Below, one piece after another: positions 10,264 through 21,421 of a DNA stretch of 26,846 bases (positions within the stretch are counted from its first letter, which is position 1; each line of letters starts with the position of its first letter). A program made the translations under genes and the position numbers. The stretch covers positions 1-26,846 of the forward strand of contig NW_021836221.1 in the NCBI RefSeq assembly GCF_006345805.1, given 5' to 3'. Below the pieces are notes generated by a model. The model had not been told where the DNA came from. It did not search any database and saw only the letters and a program-made list of their open reading frames with translations. The stretch comes from Octopus sinensis (Eukaryota).

Positions 10264-10480
10264 ATGGCGAGCTGGCAGAAACGTTAGCACACCGGGCGAA
10301 ATGCTTAGTGGTGTTTTGTCTGTCTTTACATTCTGAGTCAACTTTACCGAGGTCAACTTTGCCTTTCATCCTTTCGGAGTCGATAAATTAAGTACCAGTT
10401 GCGTACTGGGGTCGATCTAATCGACTGGCCCCCCCTCCCCCAGAATATCGGGCCTTGTGCCTAGAGTAGGAAAGATTATT
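10264..10480 (+). mobile_element. SINE family B, full monomer
   Basis: GGCGAGCTGGCAGAAACGTTAGCACACCGGGCGAAATGCTTAG...GCCTTTCATCCTTTCGGAGTCGATAAATTAAGTACCAG...GGCCTTGTGCCTAGAGTAGGAAAGATTATT. Confidence 0.9.
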
Positions 10481-11324
10481 TATTCATTTGCCTTACGTAC
10501 ACACTTTATTGTGCTGTGTGTTCTTCTCTTTTATAAATGAGGATACGATGTGAAGTGAAGAATATGTTCATGGCTTCTGTTTCTAGCTAGCTGAATGAGT
10601 CCATTGTGACTCCCTCGTTGGTTAGTTGACTCTGTGTGTGTATGTCTATGTGTGTGTGTGTGTGGTGTGTGTGTGTTTGTATGTGTCTGAATGAATGCAG
10701 TACTGTGTCTGTATGGTTATGTGGTGGTATGACTGCGTATGCAACTACTATTCTTTGCCTATAAAAGCATCCATTGGGGTATATGAGCTAGTGTGTGTAT
10801 GTACATATGAGTGTCTGTGCTCGTGCGTGTATGCGTGTGCTCTGGTGTCATTACTGTGTATGGAACTGCCTTAGTTTGCATATGCAAGCATCGATTTATG
10901 TATGTCTGCTAGCGTCTGTGTGTGTGTACATATGTATGCGTCTAAGTATTGCTTTGTGTGTCTGCAATATGCATATAATGTGTGTGTTCGTGTTTGTTTG
11001 CTCGTGTGTTTGGGGATTGAAATACCTCTGCTTGATCCAGTGTAGCGTCTGTTACTAAAGGGAAGAATATTTTGTTAATGTATTGGAAGAGCAAATGTTG
11101 ACGTATCTGTGGTTAAATGGATAGCCAGAAAGAAGTGTGTGAGGTAAACTCATCGCTAAGTATACAACGGTTAATTATGAAAACTGACAGAAATAAAGGG
11201 ATAAAGGGGACCCGTAATAAAAAGAGGGAAAAAATAAAATAATATGTAAATCAATAAAACGGAATCTCATTTGCAAGCTGTTGGTTTAAGGGGAAAATAC
11301 GGCTTCACATTTAATTAATAGTAC

Positions 11325-11397
11325 TCTCTCTCTCCACCATCTCTCTCCTTCTACATACATACGCACATATATAGATATGTATATGTATATGTATGTA

Positions 11398-11439
<42 letters not shown>

Positions 11440-11703
11440 TATATATATAATAATATATACATATATATATATATATACTCATATCATATATGCTATATAT
11501 ATAAGTATAATATCATATAATATATGATACATACACACACACATATATAGATAGATATAGATATGCGTATATATATATATATATATATATAATGTACACG
11601 TATATAGGCATCTATGCAGTGATCTATCAGCATTTGCTTTCTGTTTATCTTATATCTCTTATACATATAATGTATATTATAAAATATAATGATATATATA
11701 TAT

Positions 11704-11756
<53 letters not shown>

Positions 11757-11876
11757 GTATGTATGTATGCCTGTGTCTCTATATATATATGTAATATAAG
11801 TAAGTGTGTATGTGTGCGTGTTTGTGTGTGAAAAAGGGATAGTGAGAAACAGAATATAATAGAGGAGGAAATCGAA

Positions 11877-11922
<46 letters not shown>

Positions 11923-11940
11923 GGAGGGGGGTTTAAGAGA
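11325..11940. repeat. Compound (AT)n / (GT)n / (GA)n microsatellite region
   Basis: Direct reading. Confidence 0.9.
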
Positions 11941-12094
11941 GAGCCATCCTGTTAACTTATTAACCTGATGTTCTGTTATACTAATTGCTTGATATAAGGC
12001 GTATGTTGTCACTTTGAGAATCAGTTTCCAGGTCGGACTGAATAAATATCCAATTAAAATTATATCCAATTTAAACAAAAAAATTATAAAAACA

Positions 12095-12106
12095 AACAAA
12101 CATCGC

Positions 12107-12141
<35 letters not shown>

Positions 12142-12657
12142 TACAACAAAAGCAACGAGAAAGTAATAGAAAAAAAATGAAAACAACAACAAAAGCAACG
12201 ATAACAACAACAACAGCAACAACAAACTGTAGAAAGGAAGCTTGGAGATAACATCTAAGACATGTAATGCTTTGGTGTAATTTAAACTCTTTGTACAAAA
12301 GCTTAATCGCTATTAGTCAACGCGTATCACCACCACCACCACCACCACCACCACCACACCACCACCACCATCGCCGCCGCTACCACCACCACCACCACCA
12401 CCTCCACCACCATCTCCACTGCGAACACCATCATCATCATCATCATCATCATCATGATCATCATCATCATCACATCGTCATCACCCACCAACTCCACTGC
12501 GAACACCATCATCATCATTATCATCATCATCATCTTCATCAACACCACCACCATCGGCATCATTATCACTGTCACTACCATCACCACCACCACCACCACC
12601 ACCACACCACCACAACCGTCATCGTTGTTGTTATTATTATTATCATTATTATTATTA

Positions 12658-12698
<41 letters not shown>

Positions 12699-12720
12699 TC
12701 ATTTAAAACTGGTGATAATG
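12095..12720. repeat. Trinucleotide mosaic (AAT, AAC, CAC, CAT, TTA)
   Basis: Direct reading. It includes an internal duplication of CTCCACTGCGAACACCATCATCATCAT at 12414 and 12492 (78-bp offset). Confidence 0.92.
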
Positions 12721-13435
12721 ATTATAAAATTTAAAATGGATTTCATTTAGGGTTTAGATGTATCGATAAGCTCTTAGCTGTTGTAAATTGATTCTGGAAT
12801 GAAAAATTAACCAAAAAAAACAACAACATAAAACAAAGCAAAATATTAAACCGAACAAACAAAAATGAAACTAAATTAAATAACACCCCAATCACCACCA
12901 CCACCACCATCTCCACTACCACCGCCGAAATAATAGGAAAACATGAAAAAAAAAAAAATTACAATTTAAAGAACATGTTTTTGGAAGTTTTCTGATATAA
13001 TCCACCATAAGCATAAACACTTTCTGAATTCGTCTGTTTTTTTATTATTATTTTTTCTCTTTGTTATTTAATATAAATTTGTTATTTATTAAAATTCTTT
13101 CAGCAGGTTTTCGCTACTAACAACAATAACACAAACAGCAGCAGCAGCAACAACAACAACAACAGAAACGGCAATAATAACAAGGAGAAGAACAACAACA
13201 CTAACAAGATCATGCAACGAGGGACACTCTACCAGGTCTCCCAAATTACAAATTTATGGTCCTTAAGTGTTTAGGATATATTTGATATGGGTGGGGCGGG
13301 AATAATGGAGGCCGAGAGGTGGTGGTCACAGCTGGAAGGTCTTTCATCGTAGATCTGCTTCAACAAAGCTCACCTGGTTACTAATCTAGAACAGCAACAA
13401 GATCATGATGACGATCTCCGACTAACATTATTATT

Positions 13436-13989
13436 GAGTGAGCGAGCAGTACATGCCATCAAAGTGACACTGGGGTAAAATATACGAAGCCCAGTATACC
13501 CATCATAACTACCCGTCTGATAAGGGTATGCTAGGTATATGCATCACAACCATATGTGCGTGACATGGGGATCTCATATCAAGATAAACAGCACATGACC
13601 TTGCAGGTGGGGCCCAGTTACAATTTTCTTCTGGTCGCGTAACCCATCCTGCTCCAAAGGTCCCTGAATAAGAGTTGTTTAAGGATGTTGAACGAAACAC
13701 CCACGTTTCCAGAGGTGAATGATTAAAATCCCAAAGAATCCCTCTTAACACATGGCTATGATGCTTCCCCACTACTACTGCTCGTGATCAGAGATGCACA
13801 TATCGTCAGCCACGAAGAGACATGGTCAACTGGTTAAGGTCAAACAACTGACAAACAAATCTGTGGTATTGAGCAGAATATTTGCTGTAGCCCATCTTTT
13901 ATACCAAGACAAAACAATGTACATGGTAACACTTCCAATCAGTTAAGATCAGAAGCCACGAGAGCCACTGTCTGGTACTGCCTCAAGGC

Positions 13990-13993
<4 letters not shown>
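13436..13993 (-). mobile_element. (AAT)n-flanked ~560 bp non-coding retroposon-like element, copy 1 (apparently complete)
   Basis: It is flanked by (ATT)3 on the left and about (TTA)16 on the right, and is colinear with 14042-14460. It has no tRNA-type head and no credible ORF. The strand is inferred from the LINE fragment fused to copy 2. Confidence 0.75.

Positions 13994-14041
<48 letters not shown>
13992..14041. repeat. (TTA)n spacer between the two element copies
   Basis: Direct reading. Confidence 0.97.
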
Positions 14042-14460
14042 GAATGAGAGGGCAGTAAATGCCATCAAAGTAACATTGGGACAAAATATACAAAGCCCAG
14101 TATACCCATCATGATTATCCGTGTGCTAAGGGTATACAAGGTACATGCATTCCAACCATATGTGCGCGACATGGTGATCTCATGTCAAAATAAACAGCGC
14201 ATGACCTCGTAGGTGGGCCCAGTAAAAATTTTCTTCAAGTCGACTAGCCCATCCCGCTCAAAAGGTCCTTGAATTAGGGTTGTTTAAGGATGTTTAAACG
14301 CAACACCCATGAAAACATGGGTGTTGCGTACATGCCATCAAAGTGACATTATCTAAACTATCTAAACTCTAAAGAATTCCTCTTAGTGCATAGCCATGAT
14401 GCTCCCCCACTACTTCTGCTGGTGATCAGAGATGTACATACCGTCACCCACTAAGAGTCA
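14042..14460 (-). mobile_element. (AAT)n-flanked element, copy 2 (truncated, internally rearranged, fused to a LINE fragment)
   Basis: It aligns with 13436-13822 and lacks the equivalent of about 13823-13993. Confidence 0.85.
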
Positions 14461-14807
14461 TATCTATCGACTTTTCTTTCTTCCCTATAGCATACCTTAT
14501 TGTCAGCTGGGCATGCTATATCTATGATCCAGCTTAGTTTGTTTTCTTTCTCAATTAAGACTATGTCTGGCTTCCTATTCTCTATCTCATGGTCGCACTG
14601 AATCATAAAATCCCATAGGATTTTTGCATTTTTATTTTCGATGATGCCTTCGGGTTTGTGGTCATACCAATGTTTTGCTCTGTCAAGTTCATGCTTATTG
14701 CAAAGTGTCCAATGGACAAGCCTGGCCATATTGTCGTGGCATCTCTTATATTCCTCCTGGGCTAGTGGCGTACATTGACTGGTAATATGCCATACGGTTT
14801 CAATTAT
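14452..14807 (-). pseudogene. Fragment of a non-LTR retrotransposon ORF C-terminus: half CCHC zinc knuckle plus restriction-like endonuclease, R4/Dong-clade-like
   Basis: Translation ETVWHITSQCTPLAQEEYKRCHDNMARLVHWTLC...WYDHKPEGIIENKNAKILWDFMIQCDHEIENRKPDIVLIEK...IIDIACPAD...EERKVDRYD matches the RLE motif series ET..H..S.C, RHD (here CHD), KILWDF, KPDIV, IDIA.P, E..K..Y. The upstream CxxC, the RT and the downstream GALG region are absent. Confidence 0.9.
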
Positions 14808-15200
14808 CATCATCATCATCATCATCATTATCATAGGAGCATGACTATCAAGGGTCGTTCTCAACATCATCATCATTCTCCTTCGTCATAATCATCACCG
14901 TCATAAATATTCTTCATCATAATCATCCTCAACACCATCATCGTTTGCCTTCATCATTATCATCATCGTCATCGTCGTCATCGTCATCATCCTCCTCCTC
15001 CCCCTCATCATCATCATCGTCGTCATCATCGTCGTTATCATCATCGTCGTTGTCGTCGTTGTCATCGTCGACGTCCTCCTCCTCATCATCGTCGTCATCA
15101 TCGTAGTTACCATCATCGTCGTTGTCGTCGTTTTCATCGTCGACGTCGTCATCATCATCATCGTCGTCGTCATCGGTCATCGTCATCATCATCGTCGTCG
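14805..15200. repeat. Trinucleotide mosaic (TCA/TCG/TCC)n
   Basis: Direct reading. Confidence 0.92.
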
Positions 15201-15489
15201 TCAGAGTGGACACTCACCAATCTAGAATCGTTTTTTTAAAACTATATTCTTTGAACATGAGATAACTTCGAGTAGTTATCGATCGCATACGATGTTCCAC
15301 AGACGTCTCCTTTCCTAGTAACAACGTGTCTTCTAGATTTCGAGTTCGAATCCCTTTTACCGAGATCAATGATTTCAATGCATCCACCACCACTACCACC
15401 ACCACCCTCCGCTACACTTCACCTTTGACTCTATACATCAATACTAGTAACTTCTATTCCATGGACGTACTCCTAGCAAACTAAGTGAG

Positions 15490-15630
15490 GTCTCTATGTG
15501 GTCACACGAGTTGTCGGAAATAACAGCCGTTTATCTCCCAAATCTCACTGGACGGTATTTGAAGAAGACACACGTTAGATAATGCAGCCGTAGATACGCA
15601 TATGTCTAAATAAAATACAGGATGGTCACA
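15490..15630. repeat. Family C repeat, inverted, decayed
   Basis: GTCGGAAATAACAGCCG (inverse of block 2) ... CAGGATGGTCACA (inverse of block 1). Confidence 0.5.
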
Positions 15631-15979
15631 TAACAAATTCAAATAAAGAAAATTTACGCAGAATAATGTATTCCTATAAGACCTTTAAAAATGAGATACT
15701 GGTGGCTGGAAGAATTCAATGAATAAATCTACTCAATTGAGTTTAGCCTGTAGGATGGCTTAAAGGAGAAAATTAAGAAAAATAAAGCTTAAAAAAGTCT
15801 AAAAAAGCTAAAAAATTTCAGTTCGATGAAATAATACCAGTAATACTTGGGTGCAGATGATCGAGTAGATGAACACGAGTTTATCCTACATCCAGTCGTT
15901 TAGAACAATGAGCTGAATGCTGAACGTTCGAATATTTATAGATATCTATCTAGATTAATGCCCTAATCTTCGTTATGAT

Positions 15980-16174
15980 GGTATATATATATATATATTT
16001 GTGCGTGTGTTGGTGTGTGTGTATACATATATATATATATACACACATACACACTATATATAGCATGTATAATATTATACATACATATATATATATGTTT
16101 ATATATATATGTATATATGTATATACATACATATTATATATATGTTTATATATATATATGTTTATATATATATG

Positions 16175-16215
<41 letters not shown>

Positions 16216-16234
16216 ACATATTACATACATACAG

Positions 16235-16275
<41 letters not shown>

Positions 16276-16528
16276 TATATATTATATATATATATATATA
16301 TATTATATATACATACATTATTTATATGAAATATACGCATACGTTTATATATATATATATACATATACATATTATAAAATTCATTATGAAATTTATATAT
16401 CCCTATAAAAATTTTCTCTTCCCTTCATCCCTCTCTCTCTTCTCTCTCAGTATATATATATATATATATATATTATATTATATTTATTATATATATGTAT
16501 GTTTTTATATATATATGTATGGATATAT

Positions 16529-16560
<32 letters not shown>

Positions 16561-16625
16561 ATATATATATAATATATATATAATATATATATATATAATA
16601 TACATGTACATATTAGTCTGATATG
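15980..16625. repeat. Long imperfect (AT)n region
   Basis: Direct reading. Confidence 0.92.
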
Positions 16626-17220
16626 ATATATGATTAATACATAGAAGGGTGGTGGGAGAGTTAAAAAATAAAACGACCGCCGCACATATCATATATGCCT
16701 TGCTTTGCCTTGCCTCATATTGGTGATTCAGATGCAAAGGTTTCCATAGTAACGTTTACCTCTGCACAACAGTAGCAGATTCCCGATGTCAGCGAGTATC
16801 ATCATCGTTAGAGAATATTTTTTTATAAATTTTTTTTTTATAATATATACATAATTTTTTTTTTCTTCTTTATATCATTCAACTTCTGACATTTAACATT
16901 CAATTAAAGTCGTTAGCAAACATTAAACATTGTTTAAATCTATCGCTAGCATTCAATTAATGTTACTGAAGTGTATTGTAAACATTCCATTAAGCTTGCT
17001 TACAGATATCAAAAAACATTGCTAATATTCAAATTAATAATGTTGATCGTCATTTTATAGTGCTTACAATTCAATTAAATTTCCTGCCCTCCCTGTTCCC
17101 CCACTCCTTCCTCACATACACCTTGACATCGAAATTTTCTTTTAATTCTGTTTCAGTTATGCAACACTGGTAAAACAATTTTTCGAAAATATTTGTAAAA
17201 TATGAAAGTGCTTACAAAAC

Positions 17221-17780
<560 letters not shown>

Positions 17781-18559
17781 GTTAGTTAAATAATTTCGGG
17801 TAAGAAACTTGTGCCACTGTATGCGAAGCCGTTATTAGCCACCATGATGTCATGATACAATGGAATCCATAGTATCCGTAGAGTTTATGTAAGAAGGTGA
17901 ATTGTAGAAAATCCAGTGAACGACATTTTTTATTTAAAATCACTACAATTGTTTCGACATATTTTTACACCTGTTATACATGGGCGAGATGTGTAATCAT
18001 TATCAGACATCCAAAGTGTAAAATGCACTTCCTCAGGTGATCGCTTAAATAGGTACTTCGTTAGGTCTTCTCGTCATTTCACAGAATGTGAGAATGCAGA
18101 TCCGAAGCGGTGCATCATTTTTAGCAATTTACAGACGAAGAAAAAAAAAAAGTTTTTGGGTTTGGCTGTAAACTGTTGAAAATGACACATCATTTTGAGT
18201 TTGCATTCTCAAGCTTGAAATAGCAGCTGCATCTCACTGAAGTCACATCAAACTGTCTCTAAACCCTCAATAATAAGATACGATCTCAACAGATCATATT
18301 CCTAGACTATATGCCTCAGACATACAAAAATACCAGATAGTCACTTCTAGAAGACCTTTGGTAAATTTTCTTTTATAAATTGTTTCAAAAACGATTTTAA
18401 AATTATCATTTTATATAGATGTGTGTATACATATCTATATATAATGTATATATATGTATCTATTTGAATATATATTATCCTTAAACGTGCTTGCTTTCAC
18501 CTTATTTTAATTATTCCACAGGACATCGCCACCAACTGTTCCAAATAACCCATCGGCAT

Positions 18560-18698
18560 GGTTTCGTATTCCCCCCAAAATGAAGGAAAGCAAAGACGAT
18601 CTCGTAGAGATTTGAACTCAGGGAGCAAGACAGTCGAAACACTTAACATGAAGCATTTTGCTCAACCCTCTACCGACACTGCCAGTTCACCGCCTTTA
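18560..18698 (-). mobile_element. SINE family B, heavily decayed
   Basis: The reverse strand reads AAGGCGGTGAACTGGCAG...GCAAAATGCTTCA...CTGAGTTCAAATCTCTACGAGATCGTCTTTGCTTTCCTTC. Confidence 0.65.
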
Positions 18699-18736
18699 AG
18701 GCTATTTATACATGATCTCGTAGATGATAAACCTTC

Positions 18737-18990
18737 ATGAAATCTTTAATAAGGACTTGGTACTCACACACAGACACACACACATTCTTACACACACATT
18801 ATAAAGAGAGAGAGAAAGAGAGAGAGAGAGAAAGGGAGAGAGACAAAGGAAGAAAGAGAGACAGAGAGAAAGAGAAAGAGAGAGAGAAAGGGAAAGAGTA
18901 AGAAATGAAGTCTTTAATTAAGGACTTGGTACTCACATACACACACACACAAACATACACTTACACACAAACATTACAGAGAGAGAGAGG
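18737..18990. repeat. Diverged tandem duplication, ~168-bp period
   Basis: ATGAA.TCTTTAAT(T)AAGGACTTGGTACTCACA + (CA)n + ACATTA + (GA)n occurs at 18737 and 18905. Confidence 0.85.
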
Positions 18991-19169
18991 GGGAGGGGGG
19001 CATACTTATATACAATGCGTTCAATACGATCAAATGGTTTTAATAGTTTCCAGAATGAAAATATATCAATCTACAAATGGATCTCTTTACGAATTCTTTC
19101 TTCTCTTGTTCCTTTCATTATATTTATTTTGTTGTATTTATATTTAACCTCTTTAACATTTATAGAGTC

Positions 19170-19194
19170 ACTGAGTGTATGTGTATATACATGC

Positions 19195-19241
<47 letters not shown>

Positions 19242-19620
19242 AGTATATATATATAAGTATATATACATGTATATATGTATGTATAGATATAATATAAAAG
19301 TGAAATACAAACTCGTGTTACAAATATACAAATATATACGGACATACCAATATAATACATATATATAATATATATATATATATACTTATATGTATGTGCG
19401 TATATATATATGTATATATATATATGCAGATATACTATAAGTATGAATATATATATATAAATGTAAATATATATCCGTATATACATATATATACATGTAC
19501 ACAGACATAAATACAAACACGCACAAACATGCACACACAAACATACACACACGCACACACACACACACACACACACCACACACACACACACACACTCACA
19601 CACACACACACACACACCCT
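19170..19620. repeat. Compound (AT)n/(CA)n region
   Basis: Direct reading. Confidence 0.92.
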
Positions 19621-19849
19621 ATGAACGTTCGAATATATTCTTGTATTAGCTTAAGGAATTCATCCACGGAAATAAAACTGCGCCTTTATCGCCATCCTAA
19701 TTTGAGTAATGGATGACATTTTTTTTTTTTTTTGTGATGCGTAAATAATATCTCTGTAAATATCAATTACTTTAGTTTTCCTTTTTTCTCTATTAGTATA
19801 CCTCTCACCTAGCTATGTTACTAAACAAATAAAGGGACGGAGCCTTTAG

Positions 19850-20190
19850 CTGGTTGTTCGACCTGCTAGAAATAGCAGTAGCAACAGCAGCAGCAACAGC
19901 ATTCTTCACAAATCAGCGTTTGAAAAAATTGGGAAGTAGGAAGTATAGAAAACGACGAAATGAACATAGAATGCTTTTGATTAGTTCAGTGTCTTCAAAA
20001 TTTGGCCAGTCAGGTCTAAACAAATACAGCACTAACATAACACTACGGTGATGAGGGTAATTTTTCGCCTTATTTGCTAGAAATAGCAGTGAAATATAAG
20101 AATCATTCCATACAAAGATAAACTGCGTTTGAAAAAAAAAAAACTGAAGAAATATAAAATTAGTTTGTCACGGCTGGAATATCTTTAATC
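19850..20190. repeat. Two inverted, decayed family C copies
   Basis: GGTTGTTCGACCTGCTAGAAATAGCAG at about 19852, TGCTAGAAATAGCAG at about 20074 and GTCACGGCTGGAATATCTTTAATC at about 20166. Confidence 0.65.
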
Positions 20191-20390
20191 GTGTTTCTGC
20201 TGCATCAAGATTAACGCGTGATTAAAAAAAAACAACAGCACCTTGATAAGAAGCGATCAACAATATAGATCTCTATGTACATGTTGAATATAAATTCTAT
20301 TTCTCTCTCTCTCTCTTTCTCTCTCCACACACACACGCACACACACAATATATATATATACACGTATATGTACATACATATATACATCCA

Positions 20391-20568
20391 CCGTTAGCCA
20401 CTACTCACATTTTTTTCTCTCCTTGTTTTTTCTGTGTCCCTTTCTGTAGAAGAGCGTAGGCTCGAAACGTAAAAGACTTTTTCTATTCCTGAGCGTTATA
20501 CTAATACATCTGTGTGTTTTGTACACCACCTATCTTCGTCTTTTGTTTTTTTCGTAAACTTTCCCTAT
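20391..20568 (+). mobile_element. Putative Penelope-like terminal repeat, copy 2
   Basis: It is colinear with 8205-8376 and has the better-preserved hammerhead-like core CTGTAGAAGAGCGTAGGCTCGAAACGTA. Confidence 0.6.
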
Positions 20569-20847
20569 ATATACGTATACACACATGTGAATACATAAAT
20601 CTCTATATATATGTATGTTTGTATGATTGTGAGGTATGTGTGCATGTGTGCGCGTGTAAAGTGTATGTTTTAAATATTGGACATTATACACACATCATAC
20701 ATACACAGATTCATGCATTACTATCAGAAAATGAGCAAAACATACATTTGCTCCACAACTCTGAGTAATCTTCATAATTTGCCAAGATTTCATTGCACAC
20801 CTCTCCAATTCAAGTTGCCTTGAATAAAAATGAATAGAGTAAGAGAA

Positions 20848-20913
20848 GATTGGGTAGGTTTGGAACTGAAAGAAGCCCGTCGATATATATATATATATAT
20901 ATATAATATATAT

Positions 20914-20976
<63 letters not shown>

Positions 20977-21204
20977 ATGCATATATTTGTGTTCCTGCAT
21001 TTGTCCCCCACCACCACCACCACTATTGCTTCACAAACGATGTTGTTTTCACGTCCCTGTAAAGATAGCGGTTCGGCAAAAGATACAGATAGAATAAGTA
21101 CTAGGCTTACAAAGAATAAGTCCTGGGGTCGATTTGCTCGACTAAAGGCGGTGCTCCAGCATAGCCACAGTCAAATGACTGAAGCAAGTAAAAGAGTAAA
21201 AGAG
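20848..21204 (+). mobile_element. SINE family A, 5'-truncated (tRNA head missing)
   Basis: GGAACTGAAAGAAGCCCGTCG + (AT)n(GT)n + AGCGGTTCGGCAAAAG...GGGGTCGATTTGCTCGACTAAAGGCGGTGCTCCAGCA...GCAAGTAAAAGAGTAAAAGAG. Confidence 0.9.
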
Positions 21205-21421
21205 ATATGATGAAACGATAAGAACCACATGATGCAGTCTGCTTGTTTGAGAAACAGTATTTAAATGTATTTGCTCGTTAGTTTGAGATATTCATTCTGA
21301 CAGACGGAAACGAGAAACCTCGGTCAAATTGGTCGTCTGTTTCACTCATTCCAGACTGGACATTGGAAGCCAAACAGAAGACATCGACCAGATAATCGTG
21401 AAGACTACTGTTGCTGCTTCT

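Noticed and set aside
12267-12734. 155-aa Pro/His/Ile-rich ORF resembling a His-rich protein
   Set aside because: It is a CAC/CAT/ATT mosaic that is open in several frames and on both strands, with no splice or domain support.
13104-13275. Possible Asn-rich exon after TTCTTTCAG (QVFATNNNNTNSSSS...)
   Set aside because: It is mostly AAC/AGC repeat, has no good donor before the in-frame stop, and shows no recognisable homology.
13509-13772. 87-aa complex-looking ORF
   Set aside because: It lies inside the (AAT)n-flanked repeat, and the frame is broken by indels in copy 2.
15300-15375. B-box-like GAGTTCGAATCC
   Set aside because: It is probably a SINE remnant but is too degraded to assign or delimit.
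18522-18615. Strong-looking acceptor (TTATTCCACAG) followed by TSPPTVPNNPSAWF...
   Set aside because: The frame runs into an antisense SINE and stops, and there is no convincing donor.
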